Source: Solirubrobacteraceae bacterium
GTDB taxonomy: Bacteria; Actinomycetota; Thermoleophilia; Solirubrobacterales; Solirubrobacteraceae
Assembly (NCBI GenBank): GCA_035650455.1
Contig: DASRHQ010000070.1
Span: 60 to 64,059 of the forward strand
Direction: 5' to 3'
DNA: 64,000 bases
The translations under genes and the position numbers were made by a program. Below the pieces are notes generated by a model. It was not told where the DNA came from and did not search any database. It was given only the letters and a program-made list of their open reading frames with translations. This document shows positions 8,997 to 18,510 of this stretch, in pieces. Positions within the stretch are counted from its first letter, which is position 1, and the number at the start of each line of letters is the position of its first letter.

Positions 8997-10119
8997 ATGC
9001 CGACCGCCTCCTCAGAGACGCTTCCCCAGCGACTCGCGGCGATCCGTGAGCAGCTCAAGCTACTCGCGGACTATCTTTGACCCGGATGGTCTAGCCGAGC
9101 GCGTGGGCGCGCTCGAGCAGCAGATGGGCGAACCGGGATTTTGGGAGGACCAGGAGCGTGCTGCGCGGATTTCCGCTGAACACGCACGCGCCGGCCGGCG
9201 CCTGGCGACCTACAAGGAGCTTGAGCGCGATATCGATGACCTGGGGCCGCTTGCGGAGCTTGCCGAGGAGGATCCTGACATCGCTGGCGAGCTCGACGAG
9301 CAGGTCGCATCGATCGAGAGCCGCCTGGCCCGGCTCGAGGAACAGCGCCTCTTCTCGGGGCGCTATGACTCCGGTGACGCACTCGTCACCGTGAACGCCG
9401 GCGCCGGCGGTACCGACGCACAGGACTGGGCCGAGATGGTCCTGCGCATGGAGATGCGCTGGGCCGAGCGCAGGGGGTTCGGCGTGGAGCTGCTGGAGGT
9501 CTCCCCCGGTGAGGAAGCAGGAGTTAAGTCCGCGACCTTTCTGGTCAGAGGAGAGAACGCCTATGGCCTTTATGCCAGCGAGAAGGGGGTCCACCGCCTC
9601 GTGCGCCTGTCGCCGTTCGATGCCGCCCATCGGCGCCACACCAGCTTTGCCGGCGTCGAGGTCTCGCCGGTGGTGGACGAGATAGCGGACATCGAGATCA
9701 GCGATGACGATCTTCAAATCGACACCTACCGGGCCAGCGGCGCGGGCGGCCAGCACGTCAACAAGACCGACTCGGCGGTACGCATCACGCACCGGCCCAC
9801 CGGCATCGTCGTGCAGTGCCAGAACGAGCGCTCGCAGTCGTCGAACAGGGCCGAGGCGATGACGATGCTGCGCTCCAAGCTGCTCGAGCTAGAGGAACGC
9901 AAGCGGCGAGAGGAGATCGCGCGGGAGAAGGGCGATGCCGACGATGTCAACTTCGGTTCTCAGATCCGGTCATACGTCCTTCACCCGTACTCGATGGTCA
10001 AGGACCACCGCACGGATCACGAGATGGGTGATACTGCGCGCGTGTTGGGTGGCGATCTGGACGGGTTCGTGCGCGCGTACCTGCTGAGGAACGCTCGTCG
10101 CCAACCGGATGCCCATTAG
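8997..10119 (+). CDS. prfB: Peptide chain release factor 2 with +1 programmed frameshift at CTT TGA C (9075-9081)
   Basis: ATG 8997 frame MPTASSETLPQRLAAIREQLKLLADYL stops at TGA 9078; +1 frame continues DPDG... with SPF motif (RLSPFD) and GAGGQHVNKT. Confidence 0.95.
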
Positions 10120-10128
10120 GCGGCCTCG

Positions 10129-11646
10129 ATGAGCGAACGCGTGCCGATCCCCCCGTCCCAACAGCCGACCGCTCCCTATCTCGACGCCGTCAGCGCCTAC
10201 GGCTTCCGCGGCTCGACCCGCTTCCACGTGCCGGGTCACAAGGGGGGCGAGGGAGCCGATCCTGGGCTGCGGGCTGCGCTCGGCAATCGGGCCCTGTTGC
10301 TCGATGTCCCGCTGGACATCGAGGGCATCGATCTCGGCCCGTCACCGACCCCGTACGAGCGAGCCGAGCAACTCGCGGCCGAGGCATACGGCGCGCAGCG
10401 GACGTGGTTCCTCACAAATGGCGCCACTCAGGGAAACCATGCCCTGTGCCTGGCGCTGGCCGGGCCCGATGAGCGCGTGCTCGTCCAACGTAACAGTCAC
10501 GCCAGCCTGATTGACGGGCTTATCCTCAGCGGTGGCCGACCGACCTACGTCGCCTCCGAGTACAACGCCGAGCTGGGGATGGCGCTCGGCGTCACCCCGG
10601 AGGCCCTGGCCCGATGCCTGCAAAAGGTCCCCGAGGCGCGGGCGGTTTTCATCGTCTCGCCGACCTACTACGGGATGGCGGCCGATGTGGGCGCCTGCGC
10701 TGAGGTCGCCCACGCGGCGGGGGTCGCGCTCGTGGTCGACAACTCCTGGGGCGCGCATTTCGGCTTTCACGCCGCGTTGCCGCCCTCGCCGCTCATGCTT
10801 GGCGCGGACGCGATGCTCACCTCGACCCACAAGATCGTGGGCAGCCTCACCCAGTCAGCAATGCTCCACGTCGCCCCCGGGGCTCTGATCGATCCGCCCG
10901 CGCTCGAACGAGCTGTGCGCCTGGTCCGCTCGACCAGCCCGAGCTCGCTGCTGTTCGCCTCTCTCGACGCCGCCCGCCGTCAGCTTGCCGTCCACGGCGA
11001 CGCGCAGCTCGGACGGACGCTTGAGGCGGCGCAGCGGACGAGCGCGGCGATTGACGCGATCGAGGGTTGCAAGGTCCTGGGAGGCACCCTGGTGGGGCGG
11101 CCCGGCGTTTCCGGCTGGGATCCGCTGCGCCTGGTGGTCGATGTCCGCGGCACCGGGTGCACCGGATACGAGATAGCCGAGGGGCTTCGCGCCTCGTACG
11201 ACACCTATACCGAGCTGGCCACCCACGCCACCGTGGTTTTCGTGTTGGGGTTGGCGCAGGCCGTCGAGCCACTGGACCGGCTCGCCCACGATTTCAGCGA
11301 AACCGTGCGGCGGATGGGCAGGCCGGGACGGGCGTTGGGATTGCCGCGCGCCCCTTCGGGGATGGACTTCGACACGGTGATGACGCCGCGTGAGGCTTTT
11401 CTGGGTTCGGGCGTTGCGGTGCCGGTCGAGGATGCGATCGGCCGTGTCTCGTGCGAGTCAATCGCCGGCTATCCGCCCGGTGTCCCCGCGCTCCTCCCTG
11501 GCGAACGGGTCACGGTCGAGGTCGTCGAATATCTCCGTGAGCTGACCACGGCCGGTGCGCGGTTGCATGGCGCCGCGGATCCAACCTTTGCCACCGTCCG
11601 GGTCCTGGTATCGACTCCGACGGCTGTCGAAGCGGCTGCTCTCTGA
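10129..11646 (+). CDS. PLP-dependent Orn/Lys/Arg decarboxylase
   Basis: FHVPGHKGG, TNGATQGN, QRNSHAS, VSPTYYG, STHK PLP-lysine, YPPGVPALLPGE. Confidence 0.9.
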   Translation: MSERVPIPPSQQPTAPYLDAVSAYGFRGSTRFHVPGHKGGEGADPGLRAALGNRALLLDVPLDIEGIDLGPSPTPYERAEQLAAEAYGAQRTWFLTNGATQGNHALCLALAGPDERVLVQRNSHASLIDGLILSGGRPTYVASEYNAELGMALGVTPEALARCLQKVPEARAVFIVSPTYYGMAADVGACAEVAHAAGVALVVDNSWGAHFGFHAALPPSPLMLGADAMLTSTHKIVGSLTQSAMLHVAPGALIDPPALERAVRLVRSTSPSSLLFASLDAARRQLAVHGDAQLGRTLEAAQRTSAAIDAIEGCKVLGGTLVGRPGVSGWDPLRLVVDVRGTGCTGYEIAEGLRASYDTYTELATHATVVFVLGLAQAVEPLDRLAHDFSETVRRMGRPGRALGLPRAPSGMDFDTVMTPREAFLGSGVAVPVEDAIGRVSCESIAGYPPGVPALLPGERVTVEVVEYLRELTTAGARLHGAADPTFATVRVLVSTPTAVEAAAL

Positions 11647-11650
11647 TCCG

Positions 11651-12514
11651 GTGGTTTCGACGAGCCTCCAAGCGCTGGACGGTGCGGTGATCCGCGATGC
11701 CGTCACCCGCGCCCTACGCGAGGACTTGGGAGACGGCGATGTCACTACGACGGCGACAGTCTCTGCGGACGCCCGGGCTCGGGCCGTGGTCGAGCAGAAA
11801 GCGCCCGGCGTGGTGTTCGGACTCGATGTGGCCGAGGCGACCTTCCGCGCGCTCGACCCGGAGATCGGATTTGAGCCGCTGTGCGCCGAGGGCCGCTGGC
11901 GCGAACGCGGAGACGTCGTGCGACTAGAAGGATCCGCGCGCGCGATCCTGAGCGGCGAGCGCACGGCATTGAATTTTCTGGGCCGGCTCTCGGGGGTGGC
12001 GACGTTGACCGCCCGCTTCGTCGATCAGCTCCAGGGGACCGGCGCCCGAATCCTCGATACGCGCAAGACCACGCCCGGATTGCGGGTACTTGAGAAGGCG
12101 GCCGTCGCGGCGGGCGGAGGCACCAACCATCGCCGCGGCCTCTACGACGCGATCCTGATCAAGGAGAACCACGCCGCGCTGGCCGGCGGCGTGGGCGCCG
12201 CGGTCGCCAGGGCCCGGGCGGATCCGGCAGGCTCGGCACTACCGCTTGAGGTGGAGTGCAGAAATCTTGAGGAGGTCGATCAGGCGCTGGACGCCGGCGC
12301 GCCGTGGATCTTGCTGGACAACTTCTCAGTGGAGGGATTGCGTCGAGCGGTGGCCCGCGTGTCGGGCCGAGCCGAGCTCGAGGCCAGCGGTGGAATCACC
12401 CTTGAAGGCGTCCGGGAAATAGCCAGCACCGGCGTAGACTTTGTCTCAGTAGGTGCACTGACTCACAGCGCACCCTCGTTGGATCTCTCCCTAATTCTGG
12501 AACCACTGCCGTGA
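11651..12514 (+). CDS. nadC: Quinolinate phosphoribosyltransferase
   Basis: ALREDLGDGDVTT, LDTRKTTPG, NHRRGLYD, LIKENH, LLDN, EASGGI, ISVGALTHS equivalent; start GTG 11651 chosen. Confidence 0.97.
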   Translation: MVSTSLQALDGAVIRDAVTRALREDLGDGDVTTTATVSADARARAVVEQKAPGVVFGLDVAEATFRALDPEIGFEPLCAEGRWRERGDVVRLEGSARAILSGERTALNFLGRLSGVATLTARFVDQLQGTGARILDTRKTTPGLRVLEKAAVAAGGGTNHRRGLYDAILIKENHAALAGGVGAAVARARADPAGSALPLEVECRNLEEVDQALDAGAPWILLDNFSVEGLRRAVARVSGRAELEASGGITLEGVREIASTGVDFVSVGALTHSAPSLDLSLILEPLP

Positions 12515-13557
12515 TGAACCTTCCTCTTATTACTGACCCTCCGGTGCCTCTCGCCTCCGGCGCCACGCCCCTCACGCTCGAGAACATTCCTGCCCTCCAA
12601 GAGGAGGTGCGGGCGCTGGCAAGCCAGCGAGACGCACTGATACTCGCCCACAACTACCAACTGCCCGAGATCCAGGATGTGGCCGACTACGTCGGCGACT
12701 CGCTCGGCTTATCGCAACAGGCGGCCAGAGCGCAGCACGAGACCATCGCCTTCTGCGGTGTCCACTTCATGGCCGAGACAGCCTCGATCCTGTGTCCGGA
12801 CAAGACAGTGCTGCTACCCGACCTAGACGCCGGATGCTCGCTCGCCGAATCGATCACGGCGGAGCAGTTGCGGGCCTGGAAAGCCAGTCATCCTGGCGCA
12901 ATCGTCGTCATGTACGTCAACACCACCGCTGACGTCAAGGCCGAGACCGACTACTGCTGCACGTCCGCAAATGCCGTCAAGGTGGTCGAGCACATCTACC
13001 GCGAGCACGGTGAGGACGCCGAGATCCTCTTCGGACCCGACATGTTCCTGGGCGCCTACGTCGAGCGCGTCACGGGCCGGCGCATGCATGTGTGGGACGG
13101 CGAGTGCCACGTGCACGCGGGCATCCGTCCAGACGACATCGCCGCGGTCAGGGCGGCCCATCCCGGTGCGGACTTCCTCATCCACCCGGAGTGTGGGTGC
13201 TCGACAAGCGTCATGGAGTACGTCGCCTCCGGCGACATCAGTCCCGAGGGCGTGCACATGCTCTCCACCGGAGGGATGCTCGATTATGCCCACGCGCATG
13301 CCTCCGCCGGAGGTGAGGCTAAGCCCTCGGCCGCGGTGGTGGCGACCGAGACCGGCATGCTTCACGGCCTTCGCGTCGCTGCACCAGAGATGGAGTTCGT
13401 CGCCGCCAACGAGGCGGCCCATTGCCGCTACATGAAGAAGATCACGCTGCCGAAGCTGCGTGACTCGCTGCGCGACGGCGTCCATCTGGTCAAGGTGGCC
13501 GACAAACTCGCCGAGCGCGCTCGCGTGCCGATCGAGCGAATGGTCGCTATAGGCTGA
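12511..13557 (+). CDS. nadA: Quinolinate synthase A
   Basis: ILAHNYQ, GDSLGLS, FCGVHFMAE, AGCSLA, YVNTTA, GECHVH, HPEC, CRYMK. Confidence 0.97.
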   Translation: MMNLPLITDPPVPLASGATPLTLENIPALQEEVRALASQRDALILAHNYQLPEIQDVADYVGDSLGLSQQAARAQHETIAFCGVHFMAETASILCPDKTVLLPDLDAGCSLAESITAEQLRAWKASHPGAIVVMYVNTTADVKAETDYCCTSANAVKVVEHIYREHGEDAEILFGPDMFLGAYVERVTGRRMHVWDGECHVHAGIRPDDIAAVRAAHPGADFLIHPECGCSTSVMEYVASGDISPEGVHMLSTGGMLDYAHAHASAGGEAKPSAAVVATETGMLHGLRVAAPEMEFVAANEAAHCRYMKKITLPKLRDSLRDGVHLVKVADKLAERARVPIERMVAIG

Positions 13558-13912
13558 GCAGGTCCAGCCCCTGCTCGCCGGCCTCCCGGACCGCCCGCAG
13601 CGTCCCGCGCCTGCGCTCGAATTCAGCCGGGGTGTAGCAGTGCAGGTCTGCGGCGGCGCCTAACTCGAGCGCGTCCCAGAGGTTGCCCGCGTGGTAGACG
13701 CGTTCCAGCCACGGCATGCCCTCGAAGGCGGGGGAAACGAGTACGACCACGAACTCAGGGCCGCGTTCACGCTGCGGCGGCGCGCCCCGCTCGTCCGCCA
13801 CCCGGGCGCCGCCGAGCAGCGCCACCTCAACTGGCCAGCGGTCACGGATGCGTGCCAGGTACGCCGCGAGCTCACGGCGGTTGACGGCTGGTCCGCGTTC
13901 ACGTACGGACAT
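13547..13912 (-). CDS. Minimal nucleotidyltransferase-fold-like protein (degenerate)
   Basis: 121 aa; ALLGGAR / EFVVVLVSPAF / DLHCYTPAEF resemble MNT LFGSRA / DxDxxVVS / DxxxYTxxEF. Confidence 0.5.
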   Translation of the reverse strand: MSVRERGPAVNRRELAAYLARIRDRWPVEVALLGGARVADERGAPPQRERGPEFVVVLVSPAFEGMPWLERVYHAGNLWDALELGAAADLHCYTPAEFERRRGTLRAVREAGEQGLDLLSL

Positions 13913-13946
13913 CGAGGCTCAGGCGCCGCCCTCGGTCCGCTCCGCC

Positions 13947-15251
13947 TCAGAGGCGCGCGATCGCCGCGACCATCGCGCTCTCGAGCTGCAGTGCGCGCGA
14001 ATTCGGCGGTCCGTCGATGAACAGTGCAAACGCCAGTCGTTTGGCGCCACGGCTGTGACAGTACCCGGCCAGGTTGGTCACATCCGTCAGCGTGCCGGTC
14101 TTGGCCACGCATCTGCCTCTGGCCGGCGTGTGGACCGCGATCGTCTGTACGGTGCCGTTGACCCCGACCACCGGCATCGAGGAGTACACCTCGGCGCCGG
14201 GCGCGGTGCCCCAGAGCTCCCGCAGCAGTTCGACGACCTGCCATGGGGAAGTGCGGTCTTCGCGCGAGAGCCCCGAGCCGTCGACGATATGCGGCTGCAG
14301 TCCGTAATCATGCGAGATGACCTCGCCGATGACCCGCGCGCCCGCGGCGGTGGTGCCGGCACCGCCGAAGCGCACGCCCAACTGTTTGGTCAGCATCTCG
14401 GCGAAGAAGTCGTCAGACGGCACGTTCATCAGCCGAAGCAGGACTGACATCGGGGGTGAGGTGACGGTTGCGAGCGTGCGAGCGGAGCGCGGCGCCGTAC
14501 CGGTCCGGCGCGTCGTCCGCACCTCGATCCCGGAACCGCGCATCGTTTGCCCCAGTTCGCGCGCGGCAAATGCGGACGGGGTCCACTTGCCCATGGTCGA
14601 GCCGTGATCGTAGGTGAGGGCGCTCAGCTTGCCTCCAAGATCTGGGATGTCGGGGGCATAGTGGGTCGACGGCGGTCCGGTCCGGTTGTCGAATAGTGCA
14701 CCGTCTCCGATCAGCTGGCCGGTCACACGGTGGATCCCATCGGCCCGCAGCTTGTGGGCCACCTCGGTGGCGGTTGGGCCGAAGCCGTGTTCCCAGACGC
14801 GGTTGAAGCTCCCGTCCCCGAACGTCGGGTCGCCGCCGCCACGCAGGTAGAGATTCCCGTGCCAAACGCCGCGAGCGAGGTGGCCGGCACCTAGGACCTC
14901 GGTGTGCAGCGTCGCATGCGGGCCCAGATCGCGCAGGACCGCGGCCGACGTGTACAGCTTCTCGACGGAGGCCGGCCACCGGGCGGCCCGAGGACGCAGG
15001 TCGAAAAGCGGGGCGTGGTCGGTGAGGTCGTAGACCACGGCGCCCGACGTTGGTCCGGCCTTCTTGAAGGTCCGCGCGAGCGCGGCGCGAAGCGCGGCGG
15101 TGCCGTGTGGAAAGTGCGGCTTCGGGGGCGGAGTCCGCACGGTCCGGGCCGGGCGCGAATCAGCCGCGGCGTCCGTTGTGCGAACGTGGCGCGGCCCGGT
15201 ACCTCCGCATCCGGCGAGCAGGCCCACCGCCACGGCGGCGAGCGCGAACAC
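13947..15251 (-). CDS. dacB: D-Ala-D-Ala carboxypeptidase/endopeptidase (PBP4, S13), lipoprotein
   Basis: PASVEK (SxxK), GGGDPT, SDD/N loop, DGSGLS, KTGTL; lipobox LAGC. Confidence 0.9.
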   Translation of the reverse strand: MFALAAVAVGLLAGCGGTGPRHVRTTDAAADSRPARTVRTPPPKPHFPHGTAALRAALARTFKKAGPTSGAVVYDLTDHAPLFDLRPRAARWPASVEKLYTSAAVLRDLGPHATLHTEVLGAGHLARGVWHGNLYLRGGGDPTFGDGSFNRVWEHGFGPTATEVAHKLRADGIHRVTGQLIGDGALFDNRTGPPSTHYAPDIPDLGGKLSALTYDHGSTMGKWTPSAFAARELGQTMRGSGIEVRTTRRTGTAPRSARTLATVTSPPMSVLLRLMNVPSDDFFAEMLTKQLGVRFGGAGTTAAGARVIGEVISHDYGLQPHIVDGSGLSREDRTSPWQVVELLRELWGTAPGAEVYSSMPVVGVNGTVQTIAVHTPARGRCVAKTGTLTDVTNLAGYCHSRGAKRLAFALFIDGPPNSRALQLESAMVAAIARL

Positions 15252-15341
15252 GGCGACAGCGCGCGGTGCGGCTCGAGCGCGTGGTGCGGCTCGTCCGTGG
15301 GGTACCAGGCGGATCGCGGCTCCTTCAGGCTTGAACGGGCA

Positions 15342-16601
15342 CTAGGCGGCTTGTAGCTCCTGCACGGTGTGCGGCCCGACGCAGGCGAGCGAGAGCTCCT
15401 CGGGGATCGCTGCCGCCACCTCCCGCACCTCTTCAAAGGTCACGCGGTCGAGCAGCTCGATGACGGCGTCGGGATCCGGGTCTTCGCTGTAGACGACCGC
15501 CTGCTGGGCGGCTTGGCGGGCGACCGCCCCGGTGTTCTCGAACGCGATCGCGCGCGCCCCGGCCGCGTAGGCGCGCGCCCGCTGCACCTCCGCCTCAGTA
15601 GGACCTTGCTCACGCAGTTCGGTGACGATTTCCTTCATCCGCCGAAGGGCCTCGACGGTCTTGCTCGATTGAAGACCAGCGGCCAGCGCCAGCACCGGCG
15701 TGTCTGCGTGGGCGTGGGCGGCGGAATAAACCGAGTAGGCAAGTCCTCGCTGCTCGCGAATCTCGTCGAACAGGCGCGACCCCATCGATCCCCCCAGAAC
15801 TGTGGAGTACACCTGCAGCGCGGCCCGCCTACGTGGATCGCGGATGTCAACCGATGGGCGATAGGAGACCCGCAGATGAGACTGGTTTGAGTCGCGCTCG
15901 CGCACCAGTTCGCGCTGGTGAAACGGGGGCGCGGGGTCGTAAGGCTCGGACGAGGGCCGGGACTCCAGTCGGCCAAAGAGCTCGTCGAGCTCATCCTCGG
16001 CCGGCAGGGCCCGCAGGTTCCCAACCACCAGCGCCGCACCGTCGGGTGGAGCCCACTGGCGAGAGCGGAAGGACAGGATCGCCTCGCGCGTGAACGTGTC
16101 CCGGATGTGCTCCACCGTCCCCAGCACCGGACGCCCCAGGGGGTGCTCGCCGAACGTGGCCTCGTCGATCAGGTGCTCGGCCAGAGCAGCCGGCTGGTCG
16201 TTGGCTCGCGCGATCTCCTGCACCACGACCCCGCGCTCCCGATCGAGCTCGTCGGAGTCGATGCGCGGCCGGTTCACGAAATCGGTCAGGAGGTCGATCG
16301 CTCGGGGAGCCTGCTCTGCGCGGGCGGTGATGTGGAAGGCCACAAGATCGTGGCTGGTATAGGCGTTCAGCACGCCGCCGATGCGTTCGGCCGCCTCATT
16401 TACATCGCGGTACGTGGCGTACTTCTCGCCGCCTTTGAACACCAGGTGCTCAAGGAAATGGGCCATGCCGTTCTCGTCGGCGGACTCGGTCCGCGCGCCC
16501 GCGTCGAACGCGAGCAGGATCGTGAGCGCGCGCGTCCCCTCCACGGAGATCCGGTACAGGGGCAGGCCGTTGCGCAGTGTGGTCTGGGTGATCTCGGGCA
16601 T
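15342..16601 (-). CDS. M16 (pitrilysin) zinc peptidase
   Basis: GMAHFLEHLVFKG inverted zinc motif, LNAYTS, SRLFDEIREQRGLAYSV. Confidence 0.95.
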   Translation of the reverse strand: MPEITQTTLRNGLPLYRISVEGTRALTILLAFDAGARTESADENGMAHFLEHLVFKGGEKYATYRDVNEAAERIGGVLNAYTSHDLVAFHITARAEQAPRAIDLLTDFVNRPRIDSDELDRERGVVVQEIARANDQPAALAEHLIDEATFGEHPLGRPVLGTVEHIRDTFTREAILSFRSRQWAPPDGAALVVGNLRALPAEDELDELFGRLESRPSSEPYDPAPPFHQRELVRERDSNQSHLRVSYRPSVDIRDPRRRAALQVYSTVLGGSMGSRLFDEIREQRGLAYSVYSAAHAHADTPVLALAAGLQSSKTVEALRRMKEIVTELREQGPTEAEVQRARAYAAGARAIAFENTGAVARQAAQQAVVYSEDPDPDAVIELLDRVTFEEVREVAAAIPEELSLACVGPHTVQELQAA

Positions 16602-16747
16602 GCCCAGGCGTAAAGGTAACGGTCAGAGGTAGCGAGCCCGTCACACCCCACCCGTGCCTGCGCCGGCCGTTCCCTGCAAACCCAATTGCATAGGCCTTCT
16701 GCCGGAAGTCTGGGGCCGGAAACTCGCTAGTCTCGCTGAGCATCGCG

Positions 16748-17554
16748 ATGGCCACTGGAACGACCAAGGTTGCGCCAAGGAGCGGCGGTGCACGGTCCCG
16801 ACGGGCCGGCGCTCCCGTTATCGAGTTTCGCGTCGTCAGCATGCGCTACGAGGGCGGCGACGTGGGTTTGGACCGCGCCAACTTTTCCGTGCAGCGCGGG
16901 GATTTCGTCTTTTTGGTGGGCGCGACCGGATCCGGCAAGTCGACCGTGATTCGGCTGCTGATCAAGGAGATCGAGCCCACCGAGGGGTCGATCCGGGTAG
17001 CCGGCCGAGAACTCCGAAATATCGCTCGGGGACGCGTTCCCATCTACCGGCGCAACGTGGGAGTGGTCTTTCAGGACTTCAAGCTGTTGCCGAACCGGAC
17101 CGTCCACGACAACGTCGCGTACGCCCTCCAGGTCACCGGCGGGACACGCCGCGAGATACGCCAGAAGGTTCCAGACATCCTGCGCATGACGGGACTCTCG
17201 ACGAAGCTGCACAGCTACCCCGACCAGCTCTCGGGCGGCGAGCAGCAGCGCGTTTCGATCGCCCGAGCCTTCGTCAATCACCCGCCGCTGCTGCTGGCCG
17301 ACGAACCGACAGGAAACATCGATCCGGAGACGAGCATCGACATCATGCGCCTGCTCTACCGGATCAACCGCACCGGAACGACGGTCCTCGTCGCCACGCA
17401 CGACCAGGCCATGGTCGACAAGATGCGTCGTCGCGTAATCGAGCTCTCGCACGGCCGAATCGTGCGCGACGAGGCGAGCGGCCTGTACGCGTCTGACCAG
17501 AGCACGCGGGACTTCGCACAGTTGATGCGATCTGACGCCGTCCCCGCCGAATGA
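16748..17554 (+). CDS. ftsE: Cell division ABC ATPase FtsE
   Basis: GATGSGKST, VFQDFKLL, LSGGEQQRV, LADEPTGN; ATGA overlap with ftsX. Confidence 0.95.
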   Translation: MATGTTKVAPRSGGARSRRAGAPVIEFRVVSMRYEGGDVGLDRANFSVQRGDFVFLVGATGSGKSTVIRLLIKEIEPTEGSIRVAGRELRNIARGRVPIYRRNVGVVFQDFKLLPNRTVHDNVAYALQVTGGTRREIRQKVPDILRMTGLSTKLHSYPDQLSGGEQQRVSIARAFVNHPPLLLADEPTGNIDPETSIDIMRLLYRINRTGTTVLVATHDQAMVDKMRRRVIELSHGRIVRDEASGLYASDQSTRDFAQLMRSDAVPAE

Positions 17555-18429
17555 GGCTGGGCTTCTTCCTCCGCGAGGCGCTTCGCGCCATGAGGCGCAA
17601 TGCCGCCCCCTGCTTCGCGGCCCTGGCGACAGTGCTCGTGACGATGCTCGTGGTCGGGGTCTTCATTCCCGCCGTTGAGGTCACCAGCGACGCAGCCAAC
17701 AGCGTGCGCGGACGGCTCTATGTCGAGGTGTTCATGAAGACCAAGGCCACGCCTTCAGACAACGCGCGCGTCGAGCGCAAGCTCCGGGCGCTACCCAACG
17801 TCAAGTCGGTTGTGTTCGTCTCCAAGGCCAAGGCGCTCGCCCAACAAAAGCGCCAGAACCCGACGGCCTTCGCGCTGCTGAAGTACAACCCCCTGCCTGA
17901 CGCCTTTCACGTGTTCCCCAACAACCCGGCCAATGTGCTCGCGATCCATACCGCTCTGACCCCCAGCGGCGGCACGATCGACCACTCGATCGCCACCGTG
18001 ATCGACAAGAAGTCCTACACCAAGAAGGCGCTGCAGTTGACCTCCGCGGTGAAGTGGGGCGGGATCGCGTTCGCCGCGCTGCTGACGCTCGCCTCGATCC
18101 TGCTTGTGGCCAACACCATTCGCCTTTCGCTGTTCGCGCGACGTCGCGAGGTCGAGGTCATGCGGCTTGTGGGCGCCACCAACTGGTTTATCCGATGGCC
18201 GTTCGTGATCGAGGGGGTCCTGGTCGGCGCGGTCGGCGCGGTGCTCGCGATCATCGTGCTCGCGGTTGCCAAGGTCGCTCTGCTCGACCCGCTCTTCTCG
18301 GGCTGGGCCCTGGTGGGCGGGGTCCGCACGATCGCGTTCCCTGCACTGCTGGCGATCATGATGGGAGCCGGGGTCCTCGTGTCGGCGGTAGGGTCAGGCG
18401 TATCGCTGCGCCGCTACTTACGGATCTGA
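17551..18429 (+). CDS. ftsX: Cell division permease FtsX
   Basis: RRNAAP N-terminal TM, NPLPDAF, NTIRLSLFARRREVEVMRLVGATNWFIRWPFVIEG. Confidence 0.95.
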   Translation: MRLGFFLREALRAMRRNAAPCFAALATVLVTMLVVGVFIPAVEVTSDAANSVRGRLYVEVFMKTKATPSDNARVERKLRALPNVKSVVFVSKAKALAQQKRQNPTAFALLKYNPLPDAFHVFPNNPANVLAIHTALTPSGGTIDHSIATVIDKKSYTKKALQLTSAVKWGGIAFAALLTLASILLVANTIRLSLFARRREVEVMRLVGATNWFIRWPFVIEGVLVGAVGAVLAIIVLAVAKVALLDPLFSGWALVGGVRTIAFPALLAIMMGAGVLVSAVGSGVSLRRYLRI

Positions 18430-18510
18430 TCGGCGGGTTTTCGGTGGCGGGGCGGCTACCCTGAGTGGCCGTGGCGGCCCACGACCGGCCGCTCAACGGA
18501 GTTCCTCACG

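Noticed and set aside
8986-9078. In-frame TTG start for prfB without a frameshift
   Set aside because: Gives a nonsense N-terminus and overlaps the likely -10; the 0-frame leader plus CTT TGA C matches the canonical signal.
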